Below are positions 28,923 to 38,400 of a stretch of 64,000 nt of DNA, piece after piece. The position numbers were made by a program, and so were the translations under genes. Where the stretch lies: assembly GCA_046483495.1 (NCBI GenBank), contig JAWODC010000057.1:1-64000 (forward strand). The letters run 5' to 3'. Each line of letters begins with the position of its first letter. Positions within the stretch are counted from its first letter, which is position 1. The DNA is from Desulfobacterales bacterium. Its GTDB lineage: Bacteria; Desulfobacterota; Desulfobacteria; Desulfobacterales; UBA5616. Below the pieces are notes generated by a model. The model was given only the letters and a program-made list of their open reading frames with translations. It searched no databases and was not told where the DNA came from.

Positions 28923-30140
28923 CTATTCCAGGACACCTGTCATGACCAGTTCTGTAATTTCATCATCACTCAATTTCAGAAACGTTTTTAATACCGTTTC
29001 CGTATGCTCCCCTAAAAGAGGGGCTGCGAAAGAGGGTGTGGTTTCGGTTTTATCGAGTTTAAAAGGCGATGTCGCGATGGCGTAGGTTTCCATCTCGGCA
29101 TGGCTTAACCGGTGGAAGTGGTTTCGATGAATCAGCTGTGGGTCGCTGAACAAATCCGCGGCATTTTGGACCACACCCGCGGGTATACCCGCGGCCTGGA
29201 ATGTGTGCATCACCTCTTTTGCATCCCGTGTTATGGTCCATGCCTCGATACACCGATCCAGTTCGTCTTCATTGGCCTTTCGTGCCTCCAAACAATCGAA
29301 TTGCTGATCATCGGCAAGCTCCGGCCGGTCTATCGTCCGGCAGAGTGCCTGCCACTCCGTTTCATTCGTCACGGCAACGGCACACCAGCGGTCATCTCCC
29401 CTGCATCGGTAAGCGCCGTGTGGAGCTGCGCTGCTGTCGCGGTTTCCCATTCGGCGGCCGATCTTGCCGTTAGCTGCAAAATCCAGCAGTGCGGGAAGCA
29501 TGAACCAGAGCGAACTCTCCAGCTGGGACTGGTCGATGTACTGCCCTTCCCCGGTCCGACGCCGATGGTCCAGTGCCGCCAAAAGTGATATCAGAAGGAA
29601 ATTCCAGTCTACAAAATCACTGTATGCGGAATAAGGGCCTACCGGGTCCCCGTCCGGCCAACCGGTCAGTTCGAACCATCCGGCCAATGCGGAAGCCATT
29701 TGACCGTATCCCCGATGGGGCGATCGTGGTCCGGTCTGACCCTGCAGACAGGTGGACGCCATGATGATATCCGGCTTGATCTTTTTGATATCATCATAGG
29801 AAAGTTGCCATCGCGCCATAACTCCGGGGGCGAATGATTCGATCAGTATATCCGCCCAGCCGATGAGACGTTCGATAACCGGCCGGGAACCGGTTTTCTT
29901 CATGTTGATGGTGATGCTCAATTTGCCCGCGTTATGGGTTGCGAAATACCCGCTTCTGTCCATATGGGGCTCCTCGCCGGCAAAAGGGCTTGCAATCCTG
30001 GTGGTCTCGGGATGAGCCATGGATTCCACCCGCACCACGACGGCCCCGTTATCCGCCAGAAACCGGGTGGTGGTGGGGCCCAGGACCGTGTTGGTAAAAT
30101 CCAGAACATGCAATCCCGTCAAAGGCCGATCGGCAATCAT
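28923..30140 (-). CDS. CoA-transferase family III (CaiB/BaiF), BbsF-like subunit
   Basis: PLTGLHVLDFT, GAVVVRVES and NAGKLSIT; candidate catalytic Asp in AYSDF. Confidence 0.88.
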   Translation of the reverse strand: MIADRPLTGLHVLDFTNTVLGPTTTRFLADNGAVVVRVESMAHPETTRIASPFAGEEPHMDRSGYFATHNAGKLSITINMKKTGSRPVIERLIGWADILIESFAPGVMARWQLSYDDIKKIKPDIIMASTCLQGQTGPRSPHRGYGQMASALAGWFELTGWPDGDPVGPYSAYSDFVDWNFLLISLLAALDHRRRTGEGQYIDQSQLESSLWFMLPALLDFAANGKIGRRMGNRDSSAAPHGAYRCRGDDRWCAVAVTNETEWQALCRTIDRPELADDQQFDCLEARKANEDELDRCIEAWTITRDAKEVMHTFQAAGIPAGVVQNAADLFSDPQLIHRNHFHRLSHAEMETYAIATSPFKLDKTETTPSFAAPLLGEHTETVLKTFLKLSDDEITELVMTGVLE

Positions 30141-31394
30141 TTAAATAACCCCCTCTTCATGAAGTCTTTTCATCGTTTCGCGGGAAAGACGCAATAACCC
30201 CGAAAAGATCGGATCATTATGCTCACCGATTCGGGGCGCCCGGCTGTTCGGCCTCCATGGAGTACCGGACATTTTTACGGGAGCAGCCGGGAATCCGTTC
30301 TTTATCGTTTCGCCGTCCACGGATAAATCTGTCCAGAATTTTCTGGCTTGAAGTTGCGGGTCGGCATAAACATCGGCCACCGTGTTCACCGGCGCCATCA
30401 TAATCCCCCATTGGATGGCCTTGTCGAGCAGTTCCTTTTTGGTGCGGGTTTCGAAAAAACGGCTGAATGCCTCGGTAATGCTGTCAAGCTCGCTTACCGT
30501 GGTCGAAAAGGCGCTCATGTCCTCCCATTGAATGTTTTTTATCCAGTCTTCGGCCATTCCTTCTTCATCCATCCATTCCACCACACGGCGTTGTCCCTTC
30601 GCGCCGATAGCGCCGCCTGAGAACATAAACGTCACATACCCGTCTTTTGCCCGCCATACGGTTTTGATGAGGTTGGCGCCGAACTGGCGATATATCCCGC
30701 CCCGCCCCAGGATCTTTTTTTCGAGATCCCAAAAGGCGTAGGTATTGGTCAGCATCCAGGAGGGGCACTGTTGGGCTGAAACATCCACGTGCTGGCCCTT
30801 GCCCGTGGCGGAACGGTATTGGAGCGCCATGAGGCATCCCACGGCACCCTGAGCCGCCGCATGAAGAAAGGCCTGGGGAGGATGGCTGATTCTCAGCGGC
30901 GCTTTCCCGGGTTCTCCCGTCATCCACATGTATCCCCCCAGGGCCCAGGTAACGATATCCGGCCCCTTCCATTTCGCCCGGGGACCGGTCCGTCCGAAGG
31001 GTGTAATGGAGGCCATAATAAGACCGGGGTTGATGTATTCCAAATCGGGATAGTCTATTTTCAGATCCTTCATGCAGCCGGGGTCGAAGGATTCGATGAG
31101 AAAATCCGTTTGCCTTACCAGCCGTTTTAGCAGGTCTCGTCCCTCGGGCTTATGAAGATTCAGTGTAATGCTTTTTTTCCCGGCATTGTAAGCCAACCAA
31201 AACAGGCTTTTTTCCGGGTCCGGCACATGATGATAAAACGGCTCCTTGCTCCTCGCACTGTCTCCGCCGGGCGGCTCTACCTTGATGACTTCCGCGCCGA
31301 GATCGGCAAAAATCCGTCCGCATATCTGCGCCCTCTCATCGGTCAGGTCCAGCACCCGGTAGGGCGCCAGCGGTTTTCCGGCATTTTTCTTCAA
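30141..31394 (-). CDS. CoA-transferase family III, BbsE-like subunit
   Basis: PYRVLDLT, ADLGAEVIKVEPPGGD and NAGKKSITLNL. TTG start after AGGAG. Confidence 0.88.
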   Translation of the reverse strand: MKKNAGKPLAPYRVLDLTDERAQICGRIFADLGAEVIKVEPPGGDSARSKEPFYHHVPDPEKSLFWLAYNAGKKSITLNLHKPEGRDLLKRLVRQTDFLIESFDPGCMKDLKIDYPDLEYINPGLIMASITPFGRTGPRAKWKGPDIVTWALGGYMWMTGEPGKAPLRISHPPQAFLHAAAQGAVGCLMALQYRSATGKGQHVDVSAQQCPSWMLTNTYAFWDLEKKILGRGGIYRQFGANLIKTVWRAKDGYVTFMFSGGAIGAKGQRRVVEWMDEEGMAEDWIKNIQWEDMSAFSTTVSELDSITEAFSRFFETRTKKELLDKAIQWGIMMAPVNTVADVYADPQLQARKFWTDLSVDGETIKNGFPAAPVKMSGTPWRPNSRAPRIGEHNDPIFSGLLRLSRETMKRLHEEGVI

Positions 31395-31471
31395 TCTTGC
31401 TGCTCCTGATGTGATCGCGTTACGAAATGAAAACAACCATTCAGCATACACAATAGCGCAACCTGTCACTC

Positions 31472-31507
31472 CAAGCTATCTCAAAATAAATATTTTGAGA
31501 TAGCTTG
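31472..31507. repeat. Perfect 17-bp inverted repeat
   Basis: CAAGCTATCTCAAAATA-AA-TATTTTGAGATAGCTTG. Confidence 0.85.
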
Positions 31508-31513
31508 TATGAT

Positions 31514-32674
31514 CTATTTGCGCTGATTGAACCGCCTGCCGAATATCATTCCGGCGAGCGTTACCTTCAGCATCTGAATCGTGCCGCCGGCCAATCCCCA
31601 AGCCCGTGAATCCCGCACCATCCGCTCCAATGGAAACTCCTTGGAATACCCGTAACCGCCGAAAATCTGCATGGCCGTGTCGGTGACCTCCCGGGCCATT
31701 TCATTGGCATAGCACTTTCCCATGGATGCTTCATAGATCGAAGGCAGCCCCTTTCCGGCGCCGGAGGCAGCCCTGTAAACCAAAAGGCGGGCGGCATCCA
31801 GCTTTGTGGCCATCTCGGCGATCATAAACTGAACGGCCTGGAATTCGCAAATGGGCCGACCGAAAGCCTCCCGTTTTGCGGCATATGCCTTTGCTTCATC
31901 GAATGCACCACCGGCTATTCCAAGGCACATGGCCGCATTGCCGCACCGCTCGATGTCGAACGTCAGCATCAGTTTTGAAAAGTCGCCCCTCTGAAGGACG
32001 ACATTCTCCTTGGGAATCCTGGCATCGTTAAAATACAGGTCACTCGAGGGCATGCCCCTCAACCCCATGAAAGACTCCTGCTTTCCGAAGGTCAAACCGG
32101 GCATTCCTTTTTCCACGATCACCGCTCCGATTCCCTTGGCCCCGGGAACATCACCGAACCGGGTGTACACCAGATAATGGCTGGCATGACCACCGCCCGT
32201 GGTAAACACCTTCTGTCCGTTGAGGATCAAGTGATCCCCCTTGTCTTCTGCGTGTGTGGCAAGAGAGGTCAAATCCGATCCGGCTTCAGGTTCCGTCATA
32301 CTCACGGAGACGCTGTATTCACCACTGACCACCTTCGGAATAATTCGTTTTTTTTGCTCTTCGGTACCAAACATATCGATGGTGCGCACCGGTCCGACAT
32401 TGGATTCGAATACAGGGGCCGCAATAATCGGGCTGTATTTGGCCAGTTCTTCTATGGCCAAAATGGCGGAAAGCGAATTTTCATTTTGGCCGCCGTATTC
32501 TGCTGAAAGTGTCATCCCCAGCAGTCCCAAATCCGAATATGTTTCAATCAAGTGAACCGGAAATTCCCCTGTTTCCTCGATTCTCGCGGCAAGCTCCTTG
32601 AAATTTTCCCGCCGTGCCATATCCTTGAGACTGTCGATGAGCATGGTCTGCTCCCGTGTGAATGAAAAATTCAT
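31514..32674 (-). CDS. Acyl-CoA dehydrogenase
   Basis: MTEPEAGSD, LNGQK, REAFGRPI and QIFGGYGY. Confidence 0.93.
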   Translation of the reverse strand: MNFSFTREQTMLIDSLKDMARRENFKELAARIEETGEFPVHLIETYSDLGLLGMTLSAEYGGQNENSLSAILAIEELAKYSPIIAAPVFESNVGPVRTIDMFGTEEQKKRIIPKVVSGEYSVSVSMTEPEAGSDLTSLATHAEDKGDHLILNGQKVFTTGGGHASHYLVYTRFGDVPGAKGIGAVIVEKGMPGLTFGKQESFMGLRGMPSSDLYFNDARIPKENVVLQRGDFSKLMLTFDIERCGNAAMCLGIAGGAFDEAKAYAAKREAFGRPICEFQAVQFMIAEMATKLDAARLLVYRAASGAGKGLPSIYEASMGKCYANEMAREVTDTAMQIFGGYGYSKEFPLERMVRDSRAWGLAGGTIQMLKVTLAGMIFGRRFNQRK

Positions 32675-32740
32675 GCGTGTTTTTCTCCTTTACGTTGTTC
32701 GGATTGGATTCATGCGGCAAAGGCCGTAAAAGTCGGATGC

Positions 32741-33241
32741 TCACCGGGTCAATTCAAACAGTTGTTCTTTTATGATCCGACCCCACTGCTCGACCTCGTG
32801 CTCCTTGACAAGTCTGAAACCTTCTTTTTCATAAAGAAGCCTGGCGGCATCCAACCCCTCGAATGTCCAGAGAAACACCCGCCTGTGCCCGGCTGTTTCA
32901 CAAAATCGAATGGCGGCTTTCAGAAGCCGCTTTCCGACACCGGCCCCGTGAAGTTCAGGCGCTGTGATAAACCATCTCAGCCTTGCTCCCTCTTCGCCGG
33001 AGTTTCCGTCGATAGCGATACTGCCTGCAAACCGGCCATCTATTTTTCCGATCCAAATGCCGTCAGCATCAGCATTGAAGCGGGACATGAATTCAGAAAG
33101 CTCCGAGCTCACCTGAATTTCAAAGGATATGTCGAATCCCCAGATATTATGATAATAAACAGCGTGATATTGTGTGACGTGACCGATGGCTCCGGGATAA
33201 TATCCCGTAATCTGCATCCTACTGATGTGTTTCCTGCTCAT
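32741..33241 (-). CDS. GNAT family N-acetyltransferase
   Basis: ARLRWFI..HGAGVGKRLL..LWTFEGL.AAR.LYEKEGF. Confidence 0.88.
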   Translation of the reverse strand: MSRKHISRMQITGYYPGAIGHVTQYHAVYYHNIWGFDISFEIQVSSELSEFMSRFNADADGIWIGKIDGRFAGSIAIDGNSGEEGARLRWFITAPELHGAGVGKRLLKAAIRFCETAGHRRVFLWTFEGLDAARLLYEKEGFRLVKEHEVEQWGRIIKEQLFELTR

Positions 33242-33541
33242 AAATCATCCTTTACACCAAACCATCGCACCGGCGGTTTAACCCGGTTGCGTTCGACTTC
33301 AGATATATTTTCTATAATATTGGCAACTTACTCAAATTTCGGTTTCATATCGAAGGGGAGATCGGTCTGACTCATTTCTTAAACCATCTTCCTTATAAAA
33401 TGCAAGGGGTACCGGAGGTGCCCGGTTATTGACAAAAGATTCTAATTGCCTGGATTAAATACCAATATTCAATCTTTTTTCAAAAATAAGATTCCAAGGG
33501 GTGATACCGAAAAAAATTTTCAATAAACGTAAAAAAAGTGA

Positions 33542-33570
33542 TTGACATTCAGAAATAAATTTTATATTAA
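33542..33570 (+). promoter_or_regulatory. Putative sigma-70 promoter with no downstream ORF
   Basis: TTGACA-N17-TATTAA preceded by A-tracts (UP-element-like). Confidence 0.45.
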
Positions 33571-33615
33571 GAACTCAACTTCCGGCAGTAAAACGCCTTT
33601 TCTTATCACTCCTAT

Positions 33616-33657
33616 GGAAAAAGCTCCCTTATCCCCGAAGGGGGCTTTTTCCTTTTT
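33616..33657. terminator. Intrinsic terminator (potentially bidirectional)
   Basis: GGAAAAAGCTCCCTT-loop-AAGGGGGCTTTTTCC-TTTTT. Confidence 0.75.
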
Positions 33658-33733
33658 ATAATATTAATCACTTTCGGCCGGGTCCTTAAAAAACAAGAAC
33701 ACAAACAAAACAAGTAGCCGACAAAGCGCCCTT

Positions 33734-35092
33734 TCAGGCGCTCATTTTTTTCAGCAACTGATTGGCGGCGGTGAGCATCGGGTCCCACACCGGACCGAAA
33801 GGCGGTGCATACGCCAGGTCCGATTGAAAAAAACGTTCTACGGACATCTTTGCATGAAGCGCCACAGCAGGTGCATCGATGCGGTGGGTGACACCCTCCC
33901 TGCCCACCATTTGAACACCCAACAGCCGGGCGCTTTTTTTGTCCCCCACCATCTGTACGAAAATCGTGGAGGAGCCCGGATGGGCATGTGCTCTGGACCT
34001 CGATTGAATAGTCACTTCGACGGGCTCGAAACCTGCCGCGGCTGCTTCAGCCGAATTCAAACCGGTCCTGGCCACTTCGCACCCAAATACACGGAAAACC
34101 GTGGTTCCGGCGATCCCATCCAACTGAACCCTTTTTCCGCACACGTTGTCGGCGACGGCCCATCCCGACCGGTTTGCCCGAAGGGCCAAGGGAATCCATG
34201 TTTTTTCCCCCGTGACGACATGAATCGCATCGGCGCAATCCCCCGCGGCATAGATATGGGGGTCCGACGACAGGAGCGCATCGTCAACCGATATGGCATT
34301 GCCGGCACCCAAAGCAATTCCTGCATTTTTCGCAATCTCGCTGTTGGGAACCACACCTATCGCCACCAACACCATATCGCCGTACACGGTTCTATCGTCG
34401 CACACCACAGCAAGAGAAGCGCCGGTGCCATGGTTTGTCTGATCGATGCGTTTTATTTTCCTGCCCATGTGGAGCAATACGCCTTTTGATTCCACCTCCG
34501 CTTTAACGATGTCGGACAGCTCTTTAGCCATCCAGGGCAATAGCCCGGTCCTGAGTTTAATCATTTCCACCGATATGCCTAAGGCTACCAAGGCCTCGCA
34601 CATTTCCAAGCCTACATACCCCATTCCAATGATCACCGCTTTTTCAACCGGGCAGGATTGGATATAATCTTTTATCATTCGGCCTTCTTCGAGACTTTTC
34701 AGTTTCATCACTCCCGGAAGATCGAATCCGGGCAAAAGGGGTTTAAATGCCCTGGCGCCGGTGGCGAACAGCAGTTTATCATACGGAAGGTCAAAAAAAG
34801 TTCCGTTGTCCCTGACGCCGCTGAGCGTCTTTTTCTCTCTGTCAACACCGGTTACGCAATGCCCGGTCAGGAGGTTTATCCCTTGTTTCTCACGAAAAAC
34901 TTCCGCTTTTCTGACCACCAGCTCTTCCATGTTCCTCTCGGCATCGGCAATCGTATACGGCATTCCACAAGCACTGTAAGAAACATCCTTTGTCTGTTCC
35001 AGAACCGTAACATCGAAATCCGGCTTTTTCCGTTTGGCCCGACTGGCGGCACTCATTCCCGCAGCATCGCCTCCAATAATCACGAAATTCAT
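33734..35092 (-). CDS. FAD-dependent CoA-disulfide reductase / NADH oxidase family protein
   Basis: IIGGDAAGMSAA, SYSACG redox Cys, YAAGDC and DLAYAPPF. Confidence 0.9.
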   Translation of the reverse strand: MNFVIIGGDAAGMSAASRAKRKKPDFDVTVLEQTKDVSYSACGMPYTIADAERNMEELVVRKAEVFREKQGINLLTGHCVTGVDREKKTLSGVRDNGTFFDLPYDKLLFATGARAFKPLLPGFDLPGVMKLKSLEEGRMIKDYIQSCPVEKAVIIGMGYVGLEMCEALVALGISVEMIKLRTGLLPWMAKELSDIVKAEVESKGVLLHMGRKIKRIDQTNHGTGASLAVVCDDRTVYGDMVLVAIGVVPNSEIAKNAGIALGAGNAISVDDALLSSDPHIYAAGDCADAIHVVTGEKTWIPLALRANRSGWAVADNVCGKRVQLDGIAGTTVFRVFGCEVARTGLNSAEAAAAGFEPVEVTIQSRSRAHAHPGSSTIFVQMVGDKKSARLLGVQMVGREGVTHRIDAPAVALHAKMSVERFFQSDLAYAPPFGPVWDPMLTAANQLLKKMSA

Positions 35093-35281
35093 CTTGTAAT
35101 CCCTCTTTTAATGATTAAAATACAAGGGCTTGAATGAAGCGGTTTTTCAGCCCTGCCTTGGATCGCACAAAGGCCCGGCTCAAAACGACACCTCTTATCC
35201 GCTCTGTTTTTCACCGAACGCGCTTTGAATCGGTTAGAGGTTTAAAATCGCTTCTCGAGAAGTAAGTGTGAGTTTTAGTTG

Positions 35282-35424
35282 GCGCCCATCCAGAAATGGC
35301 TAATTCGCTCCATTTCGGCGTTGAACGGTAAATTTTAATCCTCAAAATACTCAATGTATACCTACGGTTAAAATTTCCCGGCCGCCTTGAACGGAATCGA
35401 ATTTTCTCATTTCCGGATGGACAC
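35282..35424 (-). repeat. MITE-like repeat, copy G (full)
   Basis: GCGCCCATCCAGAAATG...CATTTCCGGATGGACAC, 143 bp; reverse complement of copies A and F. Confidence 0.92.
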
Positions 35425-35481
35425 TAGTTAATTCAAAACCATGGTAAAATCAAATTTTTTGCCCGATTGATCGTATTTTTT

Positions 35482-38400
35482 ATGACGAAGATCCAACAGA
35501 CCCATGCCGAACCGGCCAAAGCGATGAGGCTCCAGTATATCCGTTCATTGCTGCCCGAAGCAATGCCCTTGGACCGGATGCGAATCGAAAAACAATTGAG
35601 CCGTCTATACAAACGTTTCAAAGATAAAAAACAAGAGGAATTCGTCCTGAAGAAGCTTGCCGCCCTGGAAAAACAGCTCGAAATCTCAAAAGCCGTCAAA
35701 AAGAGGAGGAAATCGAGCCGTCCATTCACCCGCTACCCATCGGGTCTGCCCATTTTGAGCAAAAAAAACGATATCGTAGAAGCCATTAAACGGCACCCGG
35801 TTCTGATCGTGTCCGGGGAAACCGGATCCGGAAAAACCACCCAGATTCCAAAATTCTGCCTGGATGCCGGCAGGGGTGTGGATGGAAAAATCGGATGCAC
35901 ACAACCACGGAGGATCGCGGCGGTTACCGTAGCGAACCGGATCGCTGAAGAACTGGGGGATGTGGGCAGCGATGCTGTTGGATACAAAATCAGGTTTACC
36001 GATAACGTCAAAAAAAACGCCTATATCAAAATTATGACGGACGGCATTCTGCTGGCTGAAACCCAGAAGGACCCCTGCTTATGCGAATATGACACACTCA
36101 TTGTGGATGAAGCCCACGAAAGGAGCTTAAACATCGATTTCGTGCTGGGGATTCTAAAAAAACTTCTGAAACAGCGTGACGACCTGAAGCTGATCATCAC
36201 CTCGGCAACAATCGACACCGAGAAATTTTCAAAAGCCTTTGACGATGCACTCATCATCGAGGTTTCCGGCCGTACTTTCCCGGTCGATGTGAGGTACATG
36301 GAAGCCGATGATGAAGATGATGCGGATGCCTCTTACGTCGATAAGGCGGTTTCGGCTGTCGATCATCTCATGAAAACCCGCACCCGCGGCGATATCCTTG
36401 TCTTCATGCCCACGGAACAGGATATCCTGGAAACCCGCGATTTAATTGAAGGCAGATCGTATACCCATGTCACCGTTATGCCGCTTTTTGCACGTCTCGC
36501 AGGCAAGAACCAGACAAAGGTTTTCGCCCGGACTCGCGAAAGAAAAATCATCGTTGCAACGAATATTGCTGAAACGTCCATCACCATACCCGGCATACGA
36601 TACGTCATCGATACGGGACTTGCCAGGATCCCACGTTATTCACCCAGGACCCGCACCACCTCGCTGCAGGTCTCACAGGTTTCCAAAAGCAGCGCCGACC
36701 AGCGGAAAGGCCGTTGCGGCCGGGTTGAAAACGGCATCTGCATCCGTTTATATTCAGAAAAGAATTACGAATCGCGCCCACTTTATACGCCGCCGGAAAT
36801 TCTGAGGGCCAATCTGGCTGAAGTCATTTTACGGATGATGTCGCTGAAAATTGGAGAGGTTGCAGCGTTCCCGTTTATCGATCCGCCCGCACAAAAAAGC
36901 ATCACCGATGGTTTTGACCTTCTCATGGAATTGGGTGCCATTCAACCCCTTTCGCCGGGAAAAAAATCGAAGCACTTTCGAATCACCCCGAAAGGACGTC
37001 TAATGGCCCGCGTGCCGGTCGATCCAAGAATTTCCTGTATGCTGATAGAGGCCGGCAGACAAGATTGCCTGAAGGGGATTTTGATCATCGCCGCAGCGCT
37101 TTCAGCGGTGGACCCTCGGGAAAGGCCTGTTGAAAAGGCACAGGCAGCGGATGAAAAACACGGCGCATTCAAGGATCCGTCATCGGATTTTCTGACCTTG
37201 GTCAATATCTGGAACCGGTATCAAGACCTTAAAAAAAGCGCTGTCAGCAACAATCGGTTGAGACTGTTCTGCAAGGAACATTTTCTTTCCTACAGAAAAA
37301 TGCGGGAATGGGAAGATATTCATCAGCAAATCGTTGATCTTTTGGAAGAAGCCGGTCCAACCGGGTTACACCAGGCCCGAAAAGCCCGTACGGATGGTAA
37401 AAAAGGATTCGATCCAACATATACGGCCATTCACAAATCCATTTTAAGCGGATTCTTATCCAACATCGCGGTTCGGAAAGAGAACAACCTGTACAAGGCG
37501 GCAAAAGACCGTGAAATCATGATATTTCCGGGCTCCACTCTTTTCGGAAAGGCCGCACCATGGGTTGTAGCCGGTGAAATCGTCAAAACCAGCCGCGTGT
37601 ATGCCAGAACCGTAGCTGCTATCGATGAAAAATGGCTGGAAGAAATCGGAAAGTCCCAGTGTACGTATACGTGGCACAATCCCCGATGGGACAGGCGCAG
37701 AGGAGAAGTGACGGCCACCGAACAGGTGAGCCTCTTCGGACTTGTCATTGTGCCGGGCCGAACCGTGTCTTACGGCAGAATAAATCCGAAAGAAGCCTCC
37801 GCCGTTTTCATTCAAAGAGCGCTGGTGGAAGGTGATGTTGACGAACCGTTTGCTTTTCTGGAACACAACGAAACATTGGTTGAAAATGTCAAAAACGTTG
37901 AAAACAAGCTGCGAAAACGAGACATTCTCATCGGTGAACAGGAATTCGTTTTATTTTACCAACGTCGACTTGGGGAATGCCGGGACATCAGGACACTGAA
38001 ACATATCATCAGGCAAAAGGGAGACGAATTTCTGAAACTGAACCAGGAAGATCTGTTCCTGTACACCCCGGAAAACGATGACTTGGCGCTGTATCCCGAC
38101 CGGGTAAAACTCGGCAAAACCGATTTCGCGTGTGAATATCGGTTCGATCCGGGGGAGCCTGAAGACGGGCTTACCATTAAGGTTCCTCTGGCCTTGGCTC
38201 CGCACATTCCACAAACCGATTTAGAGTGGCTCGTTCCGGGTTTTTACAAAGAAAAAATCACTGCACTGCTCAGAGGGCTGCCTAAAGCATATCGAAAAAA
38301 ACTGGTTCCGGTCGCTGACACCGTCGACGTTATCGTATCGGAAATGCCCAAAAACAGAACCTCCCTACTCACCGCTTTAGGCAACTTCATCCATGAACGT

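Noticed and set aside
33238..33375. Short minus-strand frame with an internal TAA whose stop overlaps the GNAT start
   Set aside because: It could be a remnant but is too short and unrecognisable. The internal stop is TAA, so Sec recoding does not apply.
7077..35424. Repeats interpreted as a CRISPR array or integron attC sites
   Set aside because: They are dispersed and ~143 bp long, with no repeat-spacer periodicity, no cas or integrase gene, and no RYYYAAC/GTTRRRY ends.
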